A stretch of DNA of 64,000 nucleotides from Bacteroidota bacterium (lineage in GTDB: Bacteria; Bacteroidota; Ignavibacteria; Kapaibacteriales; UBA961). The DNA is taken from positions 751,814 through 815,813 of the forward strand of contig OZ123195.1 in NCBI GenBank assembly GCA_964204605.1, read 5' to 3'. A program made the translations under genes and the position numbers. Shown in pieces: positions 18,450 to 28,863 of the stretch; the first letter of the stretch is position 1; every line of letters begins with the position of its first letter. The notes below the pieces were generated by a model, which had not been told where the DNA came from, did no database searches, and saw only the letters and a program-made list of their open reading frames with translations.

Positions 18450-20331
18450 GAGCCTTTTCTAAAGATAATTTAATGACATTGTAATTTTGATGAATCGATT
18501 TCATTAAATCTGGCATTGAATATAATGTAGGGTCAGACATTTGTTCTTCGAGGTTTTTTTGCTCAACTTCCCAATTATTTATCAAATATTCTAATTCTTG
18601 AATCCTTTTTTCTTTTTTTCTTTTCTCCTGATCATTCTTTTTAAGTTCTTCTCTTTCATGTGAAACTGTAGGGGCTTTTGTTACTTTTTTCTGTTGCTTT
18701 ACTATTTCTAAATCAGCCAATTGCTCAATGTTCCTTTGTCTTAAATATTCATATATATCACCTTCATAAACCCTAACTTTACCAATTTTAAATTCTGCAA
18801 CTTGATCTGTTAATCCTTCTAAAAACTCTCTATCATGAGAAACTACTATTAAAGACCCCTCATAATTTTTAATAGCTTTTTTTAATACATCTTTAGAACG
18901 CATATCAAGGTGATTTGTAGGTTCATCAAGTATTAAAAGATTAGATGGTTGCAATAATAGAATAGCCATAGCTAATCTCGATTTTTCGCCACCTGATAAA
19001 ACTTTAACTTTTTTATATACATCGTCACCACTAAACAGAAAAGCACCTAGTAAAGCCCTGATTTTGGTTCTCATTTCTCCTGTTGCAACATCATCAACTG
19101 TTTCAAAAACAGTCCTATTACCATCTAATGTTTCGGCTTGTTGTTGTGCAAAGTATCCTATCGAGACATTATGTCCAATAGTGACTGTACCTTCATATGG
19201 TTCTACTCCTGCTAGTATTTTTGCACATGTAGTTTTACCTTCCCCATTTTTCCCTACGAATGCCATTTTTCTTCCACGTTCTATTGCAAAATCAATTCCC
19301 TTTAAAACATGTTTACTACCATATGATTTTTGTAAATCTGTACTTTCAATTACCATTAAGCCAGATCTGGGGGCTGTAGGGAAACGAAAGTTTATAGCTG
19401 AGTTATCTTCTTCTTCTAATTCTATTCTGTCTATTTTATCTAACATTTTAATTCTAGATTGAACTCTAGAAGCAAGATTTGCTTTTGATCTAAATCGTTC
19501 GATAAATTCCTCTGTCTTTGCAATTTCCTTTTGCTGATTTGCATAAGCCTGTTTTACTAAATCTCTTCTCTGTATACGTTCTACCAGATATTTACTGTAA
19601 GAACAATTATAATCTTCTATTCCACCATTTGTTATTTCAATTGTTCTATTAGTTGCAATATCTAAAAAAGCTTTATCATGGCTTATAAGAACTAAAGCGC
19701 CTTCATAATTTTTTAGAAATAATTCCAACCATTGAACCGATTCAATATCTAAGTGATTTGTAGGTTCATCTAACAATAAACAATCTGGATTTTTCAATAA
19801 TATTTTAGCTAATTCTACCCTCATTTGCCATCCACCTGAGAATTCATCAACTAGACGGTATAAATCCTTTTCTTCAAATCCTAAACCTATTAATATCCTT
19901 TGAACTGTTCCCTCGACAGATGCTCCACCTAAAAAATTAAACCGTTCGTGTAAATGGGCATGTCTATCTAAAATATTTGCATATTCATCTGATTCATAAT
20001 CTGTCCTTATCATCAATTCATTGTTTAGATGATCAATTTCTTTTTCTATTTCTAATAAAACATCAAATGAAGTCATGGCTTCTTCTAAGACAGTCTTACC
20101 TAAAGTAGCTTGTAAATCTTGAGTTAGAAAGCCAATCGTATAATCGTTGCTTTTTATTACATTCCCTTCATCAGAAGCAACATCTCCTGATAAAATTTTA
20201 AGCATGGTAGATTTACCTGCGCCATTTTTTCCAACCAATCCAATTCTATCTCTTGTTCCGATAGTAAAAGTGATATCATCAAATAAATAATTGCCGCCGA
20301 ATTGTACTGAACAATGAGATAATGTCAACAT
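18421..20331 (-). CDS. ABC-F family ATPase (tandem ABC domains with inter-domain linker and C-terminal coiled coil; Uup/EttA/YheS-like)
   Basis: Two Walker A motifs (GKNGAGKST, GKNGEGKTT), two LSGG signatures, no TM domain, Lys/Glu-rich C-terminal tail. Confidence 0.9.
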   Translation of the reverse strand: MLTLSHCSVQFGGNYLFDDITFTIGTRDRIGLVGKNGAGKSTMLKILSGDVASDEGNVIKSNDYTIGFLTQDLQATLGKTVLEEAMTSFDVLLEIEKEIDHLNNELMIRTDYESDEYANILDRHAHLHERFNFLGGASVEGTVQRILIGLGFEEKDLYRLVDEFSGGWQMRVELAKILLKNPDCLLLDEPTNHLDIESVQWLELFLKNYEGALVLISHDKAFLDIATNRTIEITNGGIEDYNCSYSKYLVERIQRRDLVKQAYANQQKEIAKTEEFIERFRSKANLASRVQSRIKMLDKIDRIELEEEDNSAINFRFPTAPRSGLMVIESTDLQKSYGSKHVLKGIDFAIERGRKMAFVGKNGEGKTTCAKILAGVEPYEGTVTIGHNVSIGYFAQQQAETLDGNRTVFETVDDVATGEMRTKIRALLGAFLFSGDDVYKKVKVLSGGEKSRLAMAILLLQPSNLLILDEPTNHLDMRSKDVLKKAIKNYEGSLIVVSHDREFLEGLTDQVAEFKIGKVRVYEGDIYEYLRQRNIEQLADLEIVKQQKKVTKAPTVSHEREELKKNDQEKRKKEKRIQELEYLINNWEVEQKNLEEQMSDPTLYSMPDLMKSIHQNYNVIKLSLEKALTEWTSLSD

Positions 20332-20385
20332 TATAAAATTACCTGCCGTGAATCTATTATTTTAGAAAAAAAAGAGTAAACAATC

Positions 20386-21258
20386 ATGCAAATCAGAGAA
20401 TATTTCTATCAGATTAATTGTCGTGGTGACGTTTTACATGATTCTTGTATCATCGATGATCCAATATTTCTGAATCATTTCTACAAAAATATGCAGTTAA
20501 ATTCTACTAATCGTTATATGGACTATAGATATCTTTCGATTTGTGGGAATGAATATCTGTTTATTAAGCCGGAAGACACCCCAATTGTCTTTAAATATCT
20601 TGCTCATAATCAACTATTTTATACTCAAGATCTATCTATAGAGTTTTATCCTAGAGACTTACGATTTAATGATGATGGTATACTGTATCATAAAGCACAT
20701 GTAGGCTTATATGGTAGAATACATCCTCAACTGATTATGCAGTTTTCTGATAATATTATTCCTTGGGGACCATATTATCAGTATTATTCTAATAAAACAC
20801 ATGCTTATAATGTTATACTTCCTTTACATCTGCCCGATCATAATGTCATTATGCATCCAAAGTTGGACAATAGTTGTTTTGGGTGCGGTATTGGAAATTC
20901 TCAGGGATTACGATTGACATTTATATTCCATTCTATTCTCAATACTGCTGAATCTTGGTATATACCTACTGAACGAGAAATGGGTGCCTTAGGTATAATG
21001 CATGGAGGTTTTGTTAGCTTATTATTAGATGAAGTAATGGGAAAGGTTTTATCCGGATTAGGTATTAAAGCACCAACAGCTCAATTGCAGGTTAGATTTA
21101 AGAAGCCTACATTACTTCATAAACCAATCCATATCGTTGGAGAGCTCTTAGACATTTCAGGTAGAAAATATACATTAAAATCTAAGATAGTGGATCAAGA
21201 TGGTGATATCACAGCAGAGGCAGAAGCACTATTTATTAAAATTAGAGATAAGATTTAA
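20386..21258 (+). CDS. Two-domain protein: an uncharacterised ~165-aa N-terminal domain fused to a PaaI/4HBT-type hotdog thioesterase domain
   Basis: The C-terminal half carries the PaaI-like motif (CFGCG..., GIMHGGFVSLLLDEVMG). The N-terminal half has no recognisable motif. Confidence 0.55.
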   Translation: MQIREYFYQINCRGDVLHDSCIIDDPIFLNHFYKNMQLNSTNRYMDYRYLSICGNEYLFIKPEDTPIVFKYLAHNQLFYTQDLSIEFYPRDLRFNDDGILYHKAHVGLYGRIHPQLIMQFSDNIIPWGPYYQYYSNKTHAYNVILPLHLPDHNVIMHPKLDNSCFGCGIGNSQGLRLTFIFHSILNTAESWYIPTEREMGALGIMHGGFVSLLLDEVMGKVLSGLGIKAPTAQLQVRFKKPTLLHKPIHIVGELLDISGRKYTLKSKIVDQDGDITAEAEALFIKIRDKI

Positions 21259-22152
21259 TTATATAATTGAATGATAAAGTACTCCATATCGTAATCCTCT
21301 TGTACTTACAATACAATGTTCAATTGCGAAGTATGACAATAGACTCTTGAGTAATAAACTTCCAGCAGGTAGAATATCGGCTCTTTTGGGATTGATACCT
21401 TTTATTGAAAAGAGAGAATCATATGATGATGTGCATAGCATATCTGTAATTGAGCTGATAGCATCATAGGTAAGAATATATCCGTGTACTTTATCTCTAT
21501 GATATTCATCTAATCCTTGATCTATACAAGCTAATGTGGTGGGAGTGCCCGCCACAACTATAACTGGTGAATGTACTGATATTGTGAATTGTGATAATGA
21601 TGTTTTTATTTCTGCAATTGCTTCTTGTATTGAATCTATGGAAGGAGGATATGTAGAAAAGTATTTTTCTGTAAAACGAACTGCCCCAATATTTAAACTA
21701 ATAGATTGAATCGTATGATCATTATCCATGCAAATGATTTCTGTACTGCCGCCTCCAATATCAATAATAGTTGGATTATCATATGTTTCTTTGCTACCTA
21801 CATATGAAAAGTAGGCTTCTTCTTTTCCAGAAATGATTGAAATAGGCTTCTGAATAATCGAGGATAATATTGAACACACATATTCTGCATTATCAGCATC
21901 TCTCATAGCACTTGTAGCTACAATTGTAATTTTTTCAACTTTATAGGAGTCACATATCAACTTATATCTGTGTAAAATATGTGAAGCCCTTTCTATTGCT
22001 TTCTCATTAATACACTTAGAAGCATGGACACCTTCACCTAATCGAGCGATAGAATGTTCATCATGCACAATAGAAAGGGAACCATCTGCCTGAACTTCAC
22101 CAATAAGTAATAATAAAGTATTAGTTCCAATATCAATAGATGCAATAAGCAT
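21259..22152 (-). CDS. Ppx/GppA family exopolyphosphatase / guanosine pentaphosphate phosphohydrolase
   Basis: ASKHA-fold N-terminus (IASIDIGTNTLLLLIGEV; DIGGGSTE). Confidence 0.8.
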   Translation of the reverse strand: MLIASIDIGTNTLLLLIGEVQADGSLSIVHDEHSIARLGEGVHASKCINEKAIERASHILHRYKLICDSYKVEKITIVATSAMRDADNAEYVCSILSSIIQKPISIISGKEEAYFSYVGSKETYDNPTIIDIGGGSTEIICMDNDHTIQSISLNIGAVRFTEKYFSTYPPSIDSIQEAIAEIKTSLSQFTISVHSPVIVVAGTPTTLACIDQGLDEYHRDKVHGYILTYDAISSITDMLCTSSYDSLFSIKGINPKRADILPAGSLLLKSLLSYFAIEHCIVSTRGLRYGVLYHSII

Positions 22153-23012
22153 TAAGCATTATACCTCATTGTAATTGCAGTCCAATCACCCTCGTATTCT
22201 GTAGAAATATGAATGAAATTGTGTTGAACAGCACAATCAATAATTTCTTGTTCATCGAATCGAAGAATTCCTGACATGATAAGAACTCCTTTAGAATCCT
22301 CTAAAGCCTTAGCAAATTTATATATATTAGGAATCAAAAGATTCCTATATAAATTAGCAGCTATTCCATGTACTTGAGGTAGATTAATACTAAAAATACT
22401 TTCTTGTTCTACAGTTATAGATGAGCAATTATTCAAATGAATATTTTCTTTGGTATTTGCAATACTCCATTCATCATTATCAAAAGCATAAATATAGGAA
22501 GCTCCCAACTTTTCAGCTAAAATTGCTAGCACACCAGATCCACAACCAGCATCAATCCAGTGAGAATTAGCACCTACATATTCCTGTAATTTCCTACATA
22601 CCATTCTTGTTGTGGAATGATATCCTGTTCCAAAAGACATTTGAGGATTTATAATGATTTTAATTGGGCTTTCAATTTGATGAGCTTTCCAAACTGGAGT
22701 AATAACAATAGATTCATTGACTTGGACAGGCTCTAATGACTCTTCCCATATAGCATTCCAATTCTGGTCTTCAATAATCATTATATCTTTTATTTCAGCA
22801 GGAATAGAAGTAGATTCAAGTATAGATAATAATTGATTTGCAATATTTCCATTATCCCAATACACATCTTCTATTGTAAATGATTGTTCATCAAATTCAT
22901 CTTCAATTCCTGTGAAAGGAAAATCAGATAACAAAGCAGAAGACATCTCTTGAAATTCTTCCGGAATGGTTAATGTTATTTTATAAAAATGTTTTTTAAC
23001 TAAATCAGCCAT
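22152..23012 (-). CDS. prmA: Ribosomal protein L11 methyltransferase
   Basis: 286 aa. PrmA layout with SAM motif I (IDAGCGSGVLAI) and conserved GTG..HSTT region (FGTGYHSTTRMV). Confidence 0.85.
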   Translation of the reverse strand: MADLVKKHFYKITLTIPEEFQEMSSALLSDFPFTGIEDEFDEQSFTIEDVYWDNGNIANQLLSILESTSIPAEIKDIMIIEDQNWNAIWEESLEPVQVNESIVITPVWKAHQIESPIKIIINPQMSFGTGYHSTTRMVCRKLQEYVGANSHWIDAGCGSGVLAILAEKLGASYIYAFDNDEWSIANTKENIHLNNCSSITVEQESIFSINLPQVHGIAANLYRNLLIPNIYKFAKALEDSKGVLIMSGILRFDEQEIIDCAVQHNFIHISTEYEGDWTAITMRYNA

Positions 23013-23013
23013 A

Positions 23014-24000
23014 TTAATAGATGTACATTGATTTTGTATAGATAAATGTTAATAATGTTTGGCCAACAGCATACAGAGTTTCTTTACCAATATTGTCCAG
23101 ATTATCTTTTGATGTGTGCCAATATTTTCTTCTAGGATTTTCATCAATATTACCAACTAATTGTACATCAATAATATTTATTGATTTTATTCCTGCATTG
23201 ATGAGCATTTCATGATCATCAGCAACACCATTTCCAGTTTCTGATTTAAATTGAGAAAACCCAAGTTCTTTTGCTATATCCCAGATTGATCGTAAAAGAG
23301 GCTCATGTGAACTTAATGACAATGGATCAAATCTAAATTGTGCATCTTTGTCTCCAACTAAATCTAATAATATTGCATATTTAGGTTTTTGTAAGGGATA
23401 ATGTTCTGCAATAAATCTTGAACCTATAAAGTAATTATATCTATCATGAGATTTACCATAATCTTCTCCATCAAATAGAATAAAATCAATTCCCATATCA
23501 GGATTATTTAGAGATATTTGGCGCGCTAATTCAATAAGTATTCCAACTCCACTTGCACCATCATTAGCACCTAAAACTGGAAGAACTGTAAGTGATATAT
23601 CTTTGTCTTCATCTGCATAAGGCCTGGAATCCCAATGAGCACATAATACTATCCTTTCTTTTTTAGTTGAATTAAAAGAAGCTATAATATTTGTAAAAAG
23701 AAGATCTTTTCCATAAACATTTTGATTGAACTGTTGATCATATACAGTGTCTGCAAATTGTTTTAATGTTTTGCTTAAATATGCTTTGCAATTTTCATGG
23801 CTTTGAGAATTTGGAATTCTTGGACCAAACTGCACTTGATTAGCAATATAAGAATAAGCAGTATCTGCGTTAAATTCAGGCACGAGAATTGATTCTTTAT
23901 CATTATTAACTTCTGTCTTTTTTTCATCATAATTAGTACATGAAAAAATCATTGAAGATAGAATCGGTAGAACAATACAAGTGATATTTATTCTTATCAT
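23014..24000 (-). CDS. M28 family zinc peptidase lipoprotein (aminopeptidase or glutaminyl-cyclase-like)
   Basis: Lipobox (IFSCT). Metal-ligand motifs HWDSRP, NDGASGVG, FDGEDYG, WHTSKD. Confidence 0.7.
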   Translation of the reverse strand: MIRINITCIVLPILSSMIFSCTNYDEKKTEVNNDKESILVPEFNADTAYSYIANQVQFGPRIPNSQSHENCKAYLSKTLKQFADTVYDQQFNQNVYGKDLLFTNIIASFNSTKKERIVLCAHWDSRPYADEDKDISLTVLPVLGANDGASGVGILIELARQISLNNPDMGIDFILFDGEDYGKSHDRYNYFIGSRFIAEHYPLQKPKYAILLDLVGDKDAQFRFDPLSLSSHEPLLRSIWDIAKELGFSQFKSETGNGVADDHEMLINAGIKSINIIDVQLVGNIDENPRRKYWHTSKDNLDNIGKETLYAVGQTLLTFIYTKSMYIY

Positions 24001-24055
24001 ACATCTTTACTTACATTGAATTATTAAATTTTATATTACAAAAGTAGGAATTAGA

Positions 24056-24580
24056 ATGCTCTCTGAAGAATACAATGAAAAACTATCAAAAATATCCTTA
24101 TTAGTAATGGATGTAGATGGAACATTAACTGACGGTAGTATGTATTACACAGAAAACGGCGATACTATGAAAAAGTTTAATGTTAGGGATGGTATGGGAA
24201 TAATTTTACTTCAAAAAGCTGGAATTAAGACTGCATTTTTAACATCGGAACAATCGATAATTACAAAAAAAAGAGCAGAAAAACTTGAAATAGATTTTAT
24301 TTTACTTGGGTCTCGCAACAAAACTAAAGACCTTACGTCGCTAGCACAGCTTGCAAATACATCGTTTGAAAACATAGCCTATATTGGTGATGACATTAAT
24401 GACTTACCTTGTATGAGTATGGTAGGTTTTTCAGCTTGCCCAGGTGATTCGCATGATATAATTAAAAATTCAGCACATTATATTTGCCAACACTTTGGAG
24501 GAACTGGAGCAATAAGAGAACTATGTGAATTAATTCTCAATGCCCAAAATGCTCCTATTACTTTAACAGAACAGTGGTAA
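24056..24580 (+). CDS. kdsC: 3-deoxy-D-manno-octulosonate 8-phosphate phosphatase
   Basis: HAD motif I (LLVMDVDGTLTDG), the KdsC-specific small fold (~174 aa) and motif III (GDDINDL). Confidence 0.8.
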   Translation: MLSEEYNEKLSKISLLVMDVDGTLTDGSMYYTENGDTMKKFNVRDGMGIILLQKAGIKTAFLTSEQSIITKKRAEKLEIDFILLGSRNKTKDLTSLAQLANTSFENIAYIGDDINDLPCMSMVGFSACPGDSHDIIKNSAHYICQHFGGTGAIRELCELILNAQNAPITLTEQW

Positions 24581-24607
24581 TATTTTATTACATTTCGGAG
24601 ACTTCAC

Positions 24608-25030
24608 ATGAAAGATGATAGTGAAATAGTAAATTCATATGCAAAAGGTTTTTTATTAGGTGCTATAATAGGTGGTGCAGTTGGTGCAGTTACAGCTTTG
24701 CTTTTTGCTCCTAAACCTGGTAAAGAACTAAGAGAAGAACTTTCTTATAGATCTAAAGACCTTATTGAAAAAGGACAAGAATATTTTTCGGAAAAAGATG
24801 AAACATTACATTCTATTCCAAATGAAGGTAAAATTCAATCTGATCTTCTTGTTAAAAGTGCAAGAGAAAAAGCAGATAACTTATTGCATAATGCAGAACA
24901 AATGTTAAAGAATGCGAAGGGTAAATCTGCTCAAACAACTAATCAGGTTTCTGATAGTTTAAATAAAGTTAAAGAAGCAGCAGTAGCTGGTGTTGAAGCA
25001 TTTAAACAAGAATTACATACTAAATCCTAA
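24608..25030 (+). CDS. YtxH-domain protein (general-stress-type, N-terminal GxxxG membrane helix plus coiled coil)
   Basis: FLLGAIIGGAVGAVTALLFAPKPGKELREEL matches the YtxH motif. Confidence 0.6.
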   Translation: MKDDSEIVNSYAKGFLLGAIIGGAVGAVTALLFAPKPGKELREELSYRSKDLIEKGQEYFSEKDETLHSIPNEGKIQSDLLVKSAREKADNLLHNAEQMLKNAKGKSAQTTNQVSDSLNKVKEAAVAGVEAFKQELHTKS

Positions 25031-25039
25031 GGTATTATA

Positions 25040-25429
25040 ATGGAAATAGCAAAGGATATTATATTGATAATTGCTTTATTGTCACTTATCATTGTTTGTG
25101 GATATATTATTCAATTCTTACAAGAAGCTAAAAGATCACTATCTACTCTTGTACAAATTGCACACAAGGTCGAGAATACCACAAAACCAGCAATTGATCA
25201 ATTACAAACTACTTTAGTTGATACTTCTCAAACACTTCAATCTGTACAAAAACAATTATCTACAATTGATGATACTCTCAATCAATTTAAAGAAATTGCC
25301 CAAAGAGTTAATGAATTAGAAGCTAAGCTTCAACAGAAAATTGAAAAGCCAATTATGCAAGCTGCTGGTATATTTGCTGGTGTTGCAAGTGCAATTGATA
25401 CTTTCGCATCTGAATTCAAAAAAAAATAA
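25040..25429 (+). CDS. DUF948-like membrane-anchored coiled-coil protein
   Basis: N-terminal TM helix followed by a Gln/Leu-rich coiled coil. Paired with YtxH as in Firmicutes ytxG/ytxH-type loci. Confidence 0.5.
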   Translation: MEIAKDIILIIALLSLIIVCGYIIQFLQEAKRSLSTLVQIAHKVENTTKPAIDQLQTTLVDTSQTLQSVQKQLSTIDDTLNQFKEIAQRVNELEAKLQQKIEKPIMQAAGIFAGVASAIDTFASEFKKK

Positions 25430-25450
25430 TATAATGTGCTTTTACAAATG

Positions 25451-25490
25451 TCCCCATTTGGTATGTAAAACTGAATGGGGATTGTATTTT
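25451..25490 (+). terminator. Putative terminator hairpin downstream of the DUF948 gene
   Basis: 8-bp stem TCCCCATT/AATGGGGA with a long 15-nt loop, followed by a T-rich tract (TTGTATTTT). Confidence 0.4.
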
Positions 25491-25515
25491 CTGCTTTCAT
25501 ATTCATATCCCAACC

Positions 25516-28500
25516 ATGAGCTTCGAGCAATTACAGAATGTTTATAATAAGTCTAATATCTATAAAGAAATAGAGCAAAGAATATTTGATCTATCAATTG
25601 GCAATGCAATTTCAATAAAGAATTTAGCAGGTTCATTAAAATCATTAACGCTTTCTTTATTATTAAAGAATGCTAAAGAATCAAGTCGATTTGTTATCGT
25701 AACTTCTTCTAATGAAGAAGCCAAAGAATGGTATTATGATTTACTCTCTTTGATAGGCAATGAACATATTGTTTTATTATCTGAAGCTGAAAAACACATA
25801 AGAATTCAAGATGAACAATTAGATGAAAATACGCTGAATAATATTGATGCACTAGCCTCTATTCAACATAAAAAGCAATGTATTATTATAACCACTCCAC
25901 AAATTTATACTCATAAAGTACCCAAGCCTCATCAGTTACAACAATATAGAATAGCAATGAAAAGAGGAAATACATACTCTTTTACAGAATTTACTAATGG
26001 CTTGATGTTACAAGGATTTGAAAGAAAAGAATTAGTAGAAATTCAGGGTGATATTTCTATTAGAGGTGGTATTGTTGATGTATTCCCTCTGGGATATGAT
26101 TCTCCATTACGTTTTGAGTTTTGGGGCAATGAAATAGAATCAATCAGAGAATTCGATCCATTATCACAAAGAAGTATTAGGGAATTTGAAGAAATAGAAT
26201 TTATTGGACATTTATATCATCAACAAGACGATGTATTCGTTTCTAGTTTTCTAGATTATATCTCACATGAAACTTCCTATTTTATTGTCGATCAAAAAGA
26301 ACAAGTATCTATTGTCTTTCATTCACTACAAGCAGATGAAATATTAGAAAACATACATACTTATAAAGTAGTTGAATTAGATGGTTTGGGTAAAGCAGAT
26401 ATAGAAGTAGATGCTATTCAACAACCAAATTTTAGTTCTTCATTATCTGGATTAGCTATAAAATTAAGGTCATTAGCTGCTATTAAAATGCATTTATTTT
26501 TATGTGCAGATGGACATGCTAACAAAAAACGTTTTAATGAATTATTACATACTCATTTTGAATATGATGAAGACAATGATGAATATGAACTAGTTGATCA
26601 ATTAGCTGATCCTGAATATACTCTTAGAAGAATTAAATGGTCGGATACATCTTTATCAAAAGGTTTTATTCTACAAAAGGATAATATTGGTGTTTTTACA
26701 GAACATCAATTATTTGAAAGACAACATTTTCAACCGAATAAAAGAGGTAAACGATTTACTGGTATCACTTTACGTGAACTTGCCCAATTACACAGAGGTG
26801 ATTTTGTTGTCCATGTAGATAAAGGAATTGGTAAATATGATGGTTTAGTAACCCTTGAAATCAATAATACGAAACAAGAATGTATACGTATTCTTTATTT
26901 GGGTGGAGATGTCCTATTTGTTCATATGAATCATATTCATAAGATTCAGAAATATTCGGCAGCAGAAGATGGTGCACCAAGATTAAGCAAACTGGGAAGT
27001 GCAGAGTGGGAAAGAAAGAAAGAAAAAACTAAGAAAAAATTAAAAGATATAGCCAGAGAGCTAATCAAACTATATGCAAAAAGAAAGTCTGAACCTGGTT
27101 ATAAGTTTCCAGAAGATACTCAATGGCAAAAAGAATTTGAAGCATCTTTTATGTATGAAGACACTCCAGATCAATCTAAAGCAACTATTGATGTAAAGCA
27201 AGACATGCAATCATCAATTCCCATGGACAGATTAGTATGTGGAGATGTTGGTTTTGGCAAAACTGAAATTGCCATTAGAGCTGCATTCAAAGCAGCGCAA
27301 TCGGGGAAACAAGTTGCTGTATTAGTTCCTACTACCATTTTGGCACATCAACATTTTAATACATTTTCAGATAGATTAAGAAGATTTCCAATTAATATAG
27401 ATGTTATTAGCAGATTTAGAAATAGTGCAGACCAAAAGCTCATCATTGAAAAAATAAAATCTGGTGGTATCGATATTTTAATTGGAACTCATAGAATATT
27501 AAGTAAGGATATTCAATTTAGAAATTTAGGTTTGCTCATCATCGATGAAGAACAACGTTTTGGAGTAACAGCCAAAGAAAAATTAAGATATATGAGGGTA
27601 TCTGTTGATACATTAACACTTACTGCTACCCCAATTCCAAGAACTCTAAATTTTTCTCTGATGGGCGCTCGAGATTTAAGCGTTATAGAAACACCACCAA
27701 GAAATAGATTGCCAGTATATACAGAGATATCAGAATGGGAAGACGATAAAATCAAAGATGCAATAATGAGAGAATTGTCTAGGGGAGGTCAAATATTCTT
27801 TGTCAACGATAAAATTGTAGAATTAGATCGTTTACATCAAAAGTTACTTGCATTAGTTCCATCTTTGCATTGTGCAATTGCCCATGGCCAAATGGAAACA
27901 GAATTATTAGAAAATGTAATGGAAAAGTTTCTAGAAAAGAAGATAGATTGTCTATTAAGTACTAAAATTGTTGAATCCGGATTAGATATTCCAAATGCTA
28001 ATACGATTTTCATTCATAATGCCGACAATTTTGGATTAGCCGAGCTTTATCAATTAAGGGGAAGAGTAGGCAGATCTAATACACAAGCATATTGTAATCT
28101 CATTGTTCCTCCTATTAAAAAGTTAACACCTACTGCTGTAAAAAGACTTCAAGCATTAGAAGAACATACTGATTTAGGAAGCGGTTTTCAGCTTGCTATG
28201 AGAGATATGGAAATACGCGGAGCAGGCAATTTACTTGGTGCTGAACAAAGTGGATTTATTGCCGATATAGGATTTGAACTTTATCAGCAGATAGTTGAAG
28301 AATCTGTACTTGAATTAAAAGAAGAAGAATTTTCAGACTTGTTTAAAGGCATTCTTGACAATAAAAAGAAGAAAGTTAAAGTGAATCAAGAAATATCAAT
28401 TGATATAGGAAATGATTCTTTATTGCCTTCTAGTTATATTAAAAATGATACAGAACGTTTTGATTATTATAAAAAACTATATAATGTACGTTCTGAAACT

Positions 28501-28857
28501 GAATTGCATTCTATCCATTCAGAATTAAGAGACAGATTTGGTTCATTACCACAAGAAGCAGAAAACCTTTTATTTGCTGTCAGATTAAGAATATTATCTA
28601 TGGAATTAGGATTTATTAAGGTAACTCTAGCTAATAATATCTTAGCAATCGAATTGCCACCAGAATCAAATGAACCTTTTTATGAATATATATTTCCAGT
28701 TATTGTAAATTCGCTACATGTATTACCTACATCTCAATTCATAAATTCTGGTAAAAAAGTATTATTACATATATCATTACAACAAGATAAAGAAGCTATA
28801 GATATTCTTCTTCAACTAAAACATCTTATTGAACATTCCGAAGTACATTCTGTATAA
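25516..28857 (+). CDS. mfd: Transcription-repair coupling factor
   Basis: 1113 aa. UvrB-homology N-terminus, RNAP-interaction domain, superfamily-2 helicase motifs (GDVGFGKTE, DEEQRFG, TATPIPRT), TRG motif and a C-terminal autoinhibitory domain. Confidence 0.95.
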   Translation: MSFEQLQNVYNKSNIYKEIEQRIFDLSIGNAISIKNLAGSLKSLTLSLLLKNAKESSRFVIVTSSNEEAKEWYYDLLSLIGNEHIVLLSEAEKHIRIQDEQLDENTLNNIDALASIQHKKQCIIITTPQIYTHKVPKPHQLQQYRIAMKRGNTYSFTEFTNGLMLQGFERKELVEIQGDISIRGGIVDVFPLGYDSPLRFEFWGNEIESIREFDPLSQRSIREFEEIEFIGHLYHQQDDVFVSSFLDYISHETSYFIVDQKEQVSIVFHSLQADEILENIHTYKVVELDGLGKADIEVDAIQQPNFSSSLSGLAIKLRSLAAIKMHLFLCADGHANKKRFNELLHTHFEYDEDNDEYELVDQLADPEYTLRRIKWSDTSLSKGFILQKDNIGVFTEHQLFERQHFQPNKRGKRFTGITLRELAQLHRGDFVVHVDKGIGKYDGLVTLEINNTKQECIRILYLGGDVLFVHMNHIHKIQKYSAAEDGAPRLSKLGSAEWERKKEKTKKKLKDIARELIKLYAKRKSEPGYKFPEDTQWQKEFEASFMYEDTPDQSKATIDVKQDMQSSIPMDRLVCGDVGFGKTEIAIRAAFKAAQSGKQVAVLVPTTILAHQHFNTFSDRLRRFPINIDVISRFRNSADQKLIIEKIKSGGIDILIGTHRILSKDIQFRNLGLLIIDEEQRFGVTAKEKLRYMRVSVDTLTLTATPIPRTLNFSLMGARDLSVIETPPRNRLPVYTEISEWEDDKIKDAIMRELSRGGQIFFVNDKIVELDRLHQKLLALVPSLHCAIAHGQMETELLENVMEKFLEKKIDCLLSTKIVESGLDIPNANTIFIHNADNFGLAELYQLRGRVGRSNTQAYCNLIVPPIKKLTPTAVKRLQALEEHTDLGSGFQLAMRDMEIRGAGNLLGAEQSGFIADIGFELYQQIVEESVLELKEEEFSDLFKGILDNKKKKVKVNQEISIDIGNDSLLPSSYIKNDTERFDYYKKLYNVRSETELHSIHSELRDRFGSLPQEAENLLFAVRLRILSMELGFIKVTLANNILAIELPPESNEPFYEYIFPVIVNSLHVLPTSQFINSGKKVLLHISLQQDKEAIDILLQLKHLIEHSEVHSV

Positions 28858-28863
28858 ATACTT

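Noticed and set aside
19064-19462. 132-aa ORF antisense to the ABC-F ATPase gene.
   Set aside because: It lies entirely within, and antisense to, a strongly conserved coding region. It has no motifs and no independent signals, so it is a typical spurious antisense frame.
25330-25547. Two small ORFs (66 and 68 aa) spanning the DUF948–mfd spacer.
   Set aside because: The spacer is better explained as a terminator hairpin (25451–25481) plus the mfd leader. The ORFs overlap the DUF948 3' end and mfd 5' end in other frames.
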